Assembly: GCA_964487445.1 (NCBI GenBank)
Contig: CAZAQG010000004.1
Span: 1 to 46,020, forward strand
From: an uncultured Chromatiales bacterium
GTDB lineage: Bacteria > Pseudomonadota > Gammaproteobacteria > 21-64-14
DNA: 46,020 nucleotides
Reading direction: 5' to 3'
Shown: positions 40,168 to 46,020 of the stretch, piece after piece
Layout: every line of letters starts with the position of its first letter
How positions within the stretch are numbered: the first letter of the stretch is position 1
Made by a program: the position numbers and the translations under genes
The notes under the pieces: model-generated
Seen by the model: only the letters and a program-made list of their open reading frames with translations
Databases searched by the model: none
Told to the model about the DNA's origin: nothing

Positions 40168-41616
40168 ATGTTCAATCCGACCGTCCAGAAGCCCCTGGGA
40201 CTGATGCTGATGCTCTACAGCATCAGCATGCTCCCGCCCATCGGCGTATCGCTGTGGTACCACGGCGGCGAATGGTCCCCCTTCCTCTATACGATGCTCA
40301 TCACCCTGGCGACCGGTGTCGCGCTCTGGCTGCCGAGGCGCCGGTCGCGCAGGGATCTGGCGCTACGCGACGGCTTCGCGGTGGTGGCGCTGGCGTGGGC
40401 GCTGCTCGGCCTGGCGAGTGCCCTGCCGCTGATGCTCTCCACTCACCCGCACCTGTCTCTGACCGACGCGGTATTCGAGTCGTTCTCCGGGATCACGACC
40501 ACCGGCGCTACGGTCATGACGGGTATCGATCGCCTGCCCAAGGCCATCCTGTATTACCGCGCGCAGCTCCAGTGGCTCGGCGGTATGGGGATCCTGGTGC
40601 TGGCCGTGGCGATCCTGCCCATGCTGGAGGTGGGCGGCATGCAGCTCTACCGGGCCGAGATCCCCGGGCCGATGAAGGAGAACAAGCTGACCCCGCGCAT
40701 CACCGAGACGGCCAAGGCGCTGTGGTATATCTATCTGGGCCTCACCGTGCTGTGCGCGCTCGCCTACTGGCGGTTCGGCATGACGCCGTTCGACGCCGTC
40801 GCCCACAGCTTCGCGACGGTATCGACCGGCGGTTTTTCCACCCATGACGCGAGCCTGGGTTATTTCCACAGCGCGCGCATCGACGCGGTGGCCGTGGTCT
40901 TCATGTACTTGGCCGGCATCAATCACGCGCTGCACTTTACGGCGTGGCGCTCGTCCAGCCTCCGGCCCTACCTGCTGGATCCCGAGGTGCGCGGCTACAG
41001 CGTCATCCTGCTCGTGACCTCGACCATCACCGTGCTGTATCTGTACCTGAGCCACACCTTCGATTTCACCGCCGCCCTGCACCACGGCATCGTACAGGCG
41101 GTCTCGATCGGTACCAGCACCGGGTTCACCACCGCCGAGTACCAGCGCTGGCCGGGTTTTCTGCCGATCCTGCTGATCATGGTGAGTTTCATCGGCGGCT
41201 GCGCCGGGTCGACCGGGGGCGGGATGAAGGTGATCCGCTTCCTGCTCCTGTACAAGCAGGGGGCGCGCGAGATCACCCGCCTCGTGCACCCGAGCGCCCA
41301 GATACCGGTCAAGGTCGGCGGCAAGGTCATGCCGGACCGCGTGGTGGACGCCGTATGGGGTTTCTTTTCCGCTTATGTGGCGGTATTCGTGGTCCTGCTC
41401 CTGGTGTTGATGGCCACCGGACTCGACCAGGTCACCTCGTTCTCGGCGGTGGCGGCGTGTCTCAACAACATGGGTCCGGGGCTGGGGGGGGTCGGTACCA
41501 ACTACCAGGCGGTCAACGACGTCGCGAAATGGGCCCTGAGCCTTGCCATGCTGCTCGGCCGGTTGGAGATCTTCACGGTCCTGGTGTTGTTCACGCCCGC
41601 GTTCTGGCGCCGTTGA
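40168..41616 (+). CDS. trkH: Trk potassium uptake system membrane protein
   Basis: 482 aa, polytopic. It has TrkH motifs (SGITTTGATV, FATVSTGGFSTHD, GCAGSTGGGMKV). Confidence 0.93.
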   Translation: MFNPTVQKPLGLMLMLYSISMLPPIGVSLWYHGGEWSPFLYTMLITLATGVALWLPRRRSRRDLALRDGFAVVALAWALLGLASALPLMLSTHPHLSLTDAVFESFSGITTTGATVMTGIDRLPKAILYYRAQLQWLGGMGILVLAVAILPMLEVGGMQLYRAEIPGPMKENKLTPRITETAKALWYIYLGLTVLCALAYWRFGMTPFDAVAHSFATVSTGGFSTHDASLGYFHSARIDAVAVVFMYLAGINHALHFTAWRSSSLRPYLLDPEVRGYSVILLVTSTITVLYLYLSHTFDFTAALHHGIVQAVSIGTSTGFTTAEYQRWPGFLPILLIMVSFIGGCAGSTGGGMKVIRFLLLYKQGAREITRLVHPSAQIPVKVGGKVMPDRVVDAVWGFFSAYVAVFVVLLLVLMATGLDQVTSFSAVAACLNNMGPGLGGVGTNYQAVNDVAKWALSLAMLLGRLEIFTVLVLFTPAFWRR

Positions 41617-41733
41617 GCGCGGCCGGCGACCGCCGCGATCCCGGGGTGATGATCGGTGAAATGCGAGGGTATCCACCGCTGCATGGTGAAAAATCCCCGA
41701 TAAGTATGCGGGATGTCCCACATCGATCTATTT

Positions 41734-42495
41734 TCACTCAAGGTGGGAATTGGTTTTTCTTTTCTCATTATTCTCCGACAATAGTGGGTACAGTGCCCGA
41801 AAAAGACTCTTGAAAAGGCCATGGTTGGCCTGTTCTTCCCGCGCCAGCAGCTCCTTCATGTGGAGACGCTGGGTCGGGGCCTGAAAACAGGCCGGGCAGT
41901 TGTCGGGGATCACCGGCAGCGAAGCGGCGCGCGCGAACGCCGCCGTCTGGCGCTCGCGCGCGTAGAGGAGCGGTCGAATGATGCGCAGGTCCCCGGCATC
42001 GTTGCGGTAGTGAGCCTTCATGGTCTTCAGGCGCCCGCCGTGGAACGCGGACAACAGGAAGCTCTCGGCGGCGTCGTCGAGGTGCTGGCCCAGGGCCAAC
42101 ACCGTGTACCCCTCCCGGCGCGCGATGTCGTATAGGATGCCGCGCTTCATGCGCGCGCAGAAGGCACAGAACGAGGTGTTGCCCATGTGCCGGAGCGCCC
42201 GCTCCAGGATGGGTTCGGCCCGGTAATGGTAGGGCACCGCCAGTGCTTCGAGATAGGGGCGCAATGCGCGGGGGTCGAAACCCTCCACCATCGGGTCCAC
42301 GGTCGCCGCGCCCAGGTCGAATCGGATCGGCGCGTGCGCGCGCAGATGCAGCAGGACATGCAGCAGGGAGAGCGAGTCCTTGCCGCCGGACAGTCCGAGC
42401 AGCACCCGGTCGCCGTCGCGGATCATGCCGTGATCGGCGACGGCCCGACCGGCGAGGCGCAACAGGTTCTTGGGAGGGACCGCGGGGGCGTCCAT
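41734..42495 (-). CDS. ttcA: tRNA 2-thiocytidine biosynthesis protein TtcA-family (PP-loop ATPase)
   Basis: PP-loop LGLSGGKDS, Cys motifs CAFCARMKRG and CPAC, and GQHLDD. Start uncertain: ATG at 42495 or ATG at 42564. The last ~26 codons lie in an AT-rich patch with atypical codon usage. Confidence 0.85.
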   Translation of the reverse strand: MDAPAVPPKNLLRLAGRAVADHGMIRDGDRVLLGLSGGKDSLSLLHVLLHLRAHAPIRFDLGAATVDPMVEGFDPRALRPYLEALAVPYHYRAEPILERALRHMGNTSFCAFCARMKRGILYDIARREGYTVLALGQHLDDAAESFLLSAFHGGRLKTMKAHYRNDAGDLRIIRPLLYARERQTAAFARAASLPVIPDNCPACFQAPTQRLHMKELLAREEQANHGLFKSLFRALYPLLSENNEKRKTNSHLE

Positions 42496-42605
42496 GCCGG
42501 GAAGATAGCGGTCCCGCCCCCGGCCCCGCAAGGGCGCCCGATCATGTCGCGCGGTATACTGCACACGCAGGAGAACGCTCTCCTCCTTCCCGGAAGGGTA
42601 TGCCG

Positions 42606-43031
42606 ATGACGCAAACCGACATCCACGGGCTCATCTCGAAAGAGGCCTGGGAGCTGCTGCGGGGCAATCCCCGGGCGGTGCTCATCGACGTGCGTTCGAC
42701 GATGGAGTATCTGTTCGTGGGGCACCCGCGCGGGGCGATCCACCTCCCCTGGATCGACGAGCCCGATTGGCGGGTGAACCCGGATTTCGCGCTGCTGGTG
42801 CGCAAGGTGATGCTCGGCGGGGTATCGGTACACGGCGAGGGATGCGCCCCCGTGATCCTGATCTGTCGCAGCGGCAACCGTTCCCGCGAGGCGGGGGAGC
42901 AGTTGCTCCGCGAAGGGTTCACCGACGTCTACAACGTGACCGACGGCTTCGAGGGCCCGCTCGATGCGGATCACCACCGGAACACGGTCGGCGGCTGGCG
43001 CCACGCGGGGCTGCCCTGGGAGCAGTGTTGA
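42606..43031 (+). CDS. Single-domain rhodanese-like sulfurtransferase
   Basis: ATG at 42606 (alternative ATG at 42600). It has [10 protein letters not shown] and the active-site loop CRSGNRS. About 141 aa. Confidence 0.85.
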   Translation: MTQTDIHGLISKEAWELLRGNPRAVLIDVRSTMEYLFVGHPRGAIHLPWIDEPDWRVNPDFALLVRKVMLGGVSVHGEGCAPVILICRSGNRSREAGEQLLREGFTDVYNVTDGFEGPLDADHHRNTVGGWRHAGLPWEQC

Positions 43032-43075
43032 GCGCGCCGGGCGTGGTGCCCACGCGAGTATCGGAAGGCGATCGC

Positions 43076-43891
43076 ATGGGTGGTGTCGAACGGGAGGCAA
43101 GGGCCGATATCCTCCAGCGCATCCTGAGCGCGAAGGCGGCGGAGGTCGCTCGTCGCAGCGCCGAGGTCGGGATCCGCGAGTTGAGCCGGCAAGTGGACGG
43201 GGCGCCCGCCCCGCGCGGGTTCGCCGGGCGGCTGTTCGCGGCGCTCGGCGCCGGGCGCGCGGGGGTGGTCGCCGAGATCAAGCGGGCCTCGCCGAGCAAG
43301 GGCCTGCTGCGCGAGGCGTTCGATCCCGCGCGCATCGCCGCCTCCTACGCGGCCAACGGCGCGAGCTGCCTGTCGGTCCTCACCGACCGCGGGTTCTTCC
43401 AGGGCGACGCCCGCCACTTGGTCGAGGCGCGCGCCGCCTGCGACCTGCCGGTGCTGTGCAAGGATTTCATCATCGATCCTTATCAGGTCTACGAGGCGCG
43501 CACGCTCGGGGCCGACTGCATCCTGCTGATCGTCGCCGCGCTCGATGATCCCACGCTACGCGAGCTGTCCGGACTGGCCGCCGAACTGGCCATGGACGTG
43601 TTGGTGGAGGTCCACGACGAGGTGGAACTGGGGCGCGCGCTGGCGCTGGACGGCGCCCTGATCGGCATCAACAACCGCGATCTGCGCACCTTCGAGACCG
43701 ACCTGGAGACGACCCTGAAACTGGCCGGGCGCGTGCCGGCGGGGCGCCTCGTAGTCACCGAGAGCGGCATCCAGACCCGCGCCGACGTCGCCCGGCTGCG
43801 GGGCCGCGGCATCCACGCCTTCCTGGTCGGCGAGGCGTTCCTGCGCGCCGCCGATCCGGGCGCCAAGCTGGCGGAGTTGTTCGGCACCTGA
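43076..43891 (+). CDS. trpC: Indole-3-glycerol phosphate synthase
   Basis: ATG at 43076 with [47 protein letters not shown] and ESGI. Confidence 0.93.
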   Translation: MGGVEREARADILQRILSAKAAEVARRSAEVGIRELSRQVDGAPAPRGFAGRLFAALGAGRAGVVAEIKRASPSKGLLREAFDPARIAASYAANGASCLSVLTDRGFFQGDARHLVEARAACDLPVLCKDFIIDPYQVYEARTLGADCILLIVAALDDPTLRELSGLAAELAMDVLVEVHDEVELGRALALDGALIGINNRDLRTFETDLETTLKLAGRVPAGRLVVTESGIQTRADVARLRGRGIHAFLVGEAFLRAADPGAKLAELFGT

Positions 43892-43921
43892 CCGCGGCCG
43901 CGGCGGGGCGACGGCCGCGGT
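43891..43921. terminator. GC hairpin bridging the convergent trpC and crp stop codons
   Basis: accgcggccg / cggccgcggt forms a 10-bp stem with an 11-nt loop. It overlaps both stop codons and has no T-tract. Confidence 0.4.
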
Positions 43922-44556
43922 CAGCGGGTCCCGCGTACCACGATCGTCTTGCCCTTCACCGAGATCAGCCCCTGCTCCTCGAGGACCTTGAGCACCCGCC
44001 CCGCCATCTCGCGCGAGCAGCCGACGATGCGGCTGATCTCCTGGCGCGTGACGCGGATCTGCATTCCGTCCGGGTGCGTGAGGGCGTCGGGTTCCTTGCA
44101 CAGTTCCAGGAGGGTGCGCGCAACCCGGCCGGTCACGTCGAGGAACGCGAGATCCCCCACCTTGCGACTGGTCTTGCGCAGGCGAAGGGCCATCTGCGAG
44201 GCCAGCGCGAAGAGGAGGCTCGGGTCCTCCTCGGCAAGCTGGCGGAAGCGTGTGTAGCTGATCTCGCCCAGGTCGCAACGGGTGCGTGCGCGCACCCAGG
44301 CGCTGCGGTTCTGCCGTTCGTCGAACAGCCCCATCTCTCCGAAGAAGTCACCCGGATTGAGATAGGCGAGCACCATCTCGCGCCCGTCCTCGTCTTCGAT
44401 GAGTACAGTGACCGAACCCTCGATGATATAGTACAGGGCGTCCGGCTGATCCCCGGCGTAGATGACGACGCTCTTGCCGGGATAGCGACGGCGGTGACAG
44501 TGGGTCAGGAACCGCTCGATGGTCGGATTGCCCTTGGGGGCCGGCTGTTGGGACAT
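43921..44556 (-). CDS. crp: cAMP receptor protein (Crp/Vfr family)
   Basis: 211 aa with a cNMP-binding domain ([37 protein letters not shown]) and an HTH ([22 protein letters not shown]). The trpC / crp / osmC-like / speD order matches P. aeruginosa vfr. Confidence 0.93.
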   Translation of the reverse strand: MSQQPAPKGNPTIERFLTHCHRRRYPGKSVVIYAGDQPDALYYIIEGSVTVLIEDEDGREMVLAYLNPGDFFGEMGLFDERQNRSAWVRARTRCDLGEISYTRFRQLAEEDPSLLFALASQMALRLRKTSRKVGDLAFLDVTGRVARTLLELCKEPDALTHPDGMQIRVTRQEISRIVGCSREMAGRVLKVLEEQGLISVKGKTIVVRGTR

Positions 44557-44657
44557 GGGATGTCCTCGGGAGCGCGCGATCCAAAGTCAGTGTAAGCAAT
44601 GTATCCGGGGTTGTCGAACCGCGTCGGCCCCCCGGTTGTTCGAGGAGAGAGGTCGCG

Positions 44658-45077
44658 ATGAAGGCCGTCGCCCGCTGGGTGCAGGATGCGATGTTCGTCG
44701 GCGAGTCCGGCAGCGGTCACGCCGTGGTGATGGACGGTGCGCCGGAAGCGGGCGGGCGCGATCTCGGTGTGCGCCCGATGGAGATGGTCCTCCTCGGGCT
44801 GGCCGGGTGCACCGGCTTCGACGTAGTGCAGATCCTCAAAAAGGCGCGCCAGCCGGTCGGCGGCTGCGTGGTGGAGGTCTCCGCGGAGCGGGCGGACGCC
44901 CCGCCGCGGGTGTTTACGCGGATCCACGTCCACTACCGGGTGAGCGGGACCGCGCTGGCCGAACACCACGTGCAACGGGCCGTTTCCCTGTCCGCCGAAA
45001 AGTACTGCTCGGTATCGGTGATGCTCGGAAAGGGCGCGGAAATCACCCACGATTTCGAGATCACCGCCGCAGGCTGA
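44658..45077 (+). CDS. OsmC/Ohr-family protein
   Basis: 139 aa with the two conserved Cys contexts (LAGCTGFDV and EKYCSVS). Confidence 0.85.
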   Translation: MKAVARWVQDAMFVGESGSGHAVVMDGAPEAGGRDLGVRPMEMVLLGLAGCTGFDVVQILKKARQPVGGCVVEVSAERADAPPRVFTRIHVHYRVSGTALAEHHVQRAVSLSAEKYCSVSVMLGKGAEITHDFEITAAG

Positions 45078-45139
45078 TTCCGGCCGTGCCGATTTTCGCC
45101 GCACACCGGGATCGTCTCGCGGCATAATCGGCTTCCGAC

Positions 45140-45162
45140 ACGCCGCGAGGCGGCGTTTTCTT
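45140..45162 (+). terminator. Rho-independent terminator after the osmC-like gene
   Basis: acgccgc-gag-gcggcgt followed by tttcttc. Confidence 0.6.
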
Positions 45163-45178
45163 CAAAGTACAGGAGGGC

Positions 45179-45997
45179 ATGATGGTGTCGAAATCAAGCC
45201 CGCGCTTGAGGCTCCACGGCTTCAACAATCTCACCAAGAGCCTGAGCTTCAACATCTACGACATCTGCTACGCGAAGACCGCCGCCCAGCGGCACGAGTA
45301 TATCGAATACATCGACGAGGCCTACAATGCCGAGCGTCTCACCGAGATCATGATCGGAGTGACCGGCATCATCGGCGCGAACATCCTCAACATCGCGCAC
45401 CAGGACTACGAGCCTCAGGGTGCCAGCGTCACCATGCTGATCGCCGAAGAGTCGGTGGCGTCGGGCTCGTCGGCGGACTCCGCGGCCCCCGGCGGCCCGC
45501 AGCCCGAGTCGGTCGTCGCCCACCTCGACAAGAGCCACATCACGGTACACACCTACCCCGAGAGCCACCCGAACCCGGACAACGGGATCAGCACGTTCCG
45601 GGCCGACATCGACGTATCGACTTGCGGGCGCATCTCCCCGTTGCGCGCGCTGAACTATCTCATTCACAGCTTCGAGTCGGATATCGTCATCATCGATTAC
45701 CGCGTGCGCGGCTTCACCCGCGATGTGAAGGGCAAGAAGCACTTCATCGACCACAAGATCCACTCGATCCAGAACTTCATCTCCAAGGATACCCGCGAGC
45801 GCTATCAGATGGTGGACGTGAACGTCTACCACGAGAATCTGTTCCACACCAAGATGGCGATCAAGGAGTTCGATCTCGACAACTACTTGTTCGAAATCGA
45901 CCGCGAGGACCTGTCGCCGCGCGAGGAAAAGCACATCCGCGGCCTGCTGCAACGCGAAATGATGGAGATGTTCTACGGGCGCAACCTGCGCCGATAA
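45179..45997 (+). CDS. speD: S-adenosylmethionine decarboxylase proenzyme (E. coli type)
   Basis: [19 protein letters not shown], the self-processing site [20 protein letters not shown], and [19 protein letters not shown] lies upstream. Confidence 0.94.
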   Translation: MMVSKSSPRLRLHGFNNLTKSLSFNIYDICYAKTAAQRHEYIEYIDEAYNAERLTEIMIGVTGIIGANILNIAHQDYEPQGASVTMLIAEESVASGSSADSAAPGGPQPESVVAHLDKSHITVHTYPESHPNPDNGISTFRADIDVSTCGRISPLRALNYLIHSFESDIVIIDYRVRGFTRDVKGKKHFIDHKIHSIQNFISKDTRERYQMVDVNVYHENLFHTKMAIKEFDLDNYLFEIDREDLSPREEKHIRGLLQREMMEMFYGRNLRR

Positions 45998-46020
45998 GCA
46001 CCGGGGTCAGGCTTGACTTC

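Overview
Visibly GC-rich gammaproteobacterial chromosomal core. I call about 41 protein-coding genes and see no rRNA, tRNA, CRISPR array, transposase or integrase. Gene order follows well-known Pseudomonas and E. coli-type blocks: lysA-lptM, class I cyaA, argH-algZ-algR-hemC-hemD-hemX-hemY, ubiD next to a fre-like reductase, xthA, prlC, gor, aroE, hemB, tsaC-purE-topA-smg-dprA-tsaP divergent from def-fmt-rsmB-trkA-trkH, ttcA, a rhodanese gene, and trpC-crp(vfr)-osmC-like-speD. Many long ORFs in the six-frame track are antisense or N-terminally extended artefacts of the high GC content, so I trimmed starts by N-terminal homology and checked the start codons in the sequence. The only stretch that does not look like housekeeping is about 24.2-28.8 kb, between hemB/DUF302 and tsaC. 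It holds an AT-richer leader with a good sigma-54 (-24/-12) promoter match. Next comes an unassignable secreted protein whose C-terminal tail looks like a PEP-CTERM/exosortase-type sorting signal. After that is an 872-aa REC(degenerate)-REC-PAS-GGDEF-EAL protein, followed by about 560 nt of non-coding DNA with two very strong intrinsic terminators that may delimit one or two small RNAs. This is my best candidate for an undescribed module, but the evidence is sequence-only and no partner machinery such as an exosortase or an enhancer-binding protein lies in the window. Secondary oddities are an orphan ParA-type ATPase with a deviant Walker A wedged between ubiD and the fre-like gene, two REP-like repeat families, a pentapeptide-encoding tandem repeat at the left edge, and a small Cys-rich ORF beside cyaA.
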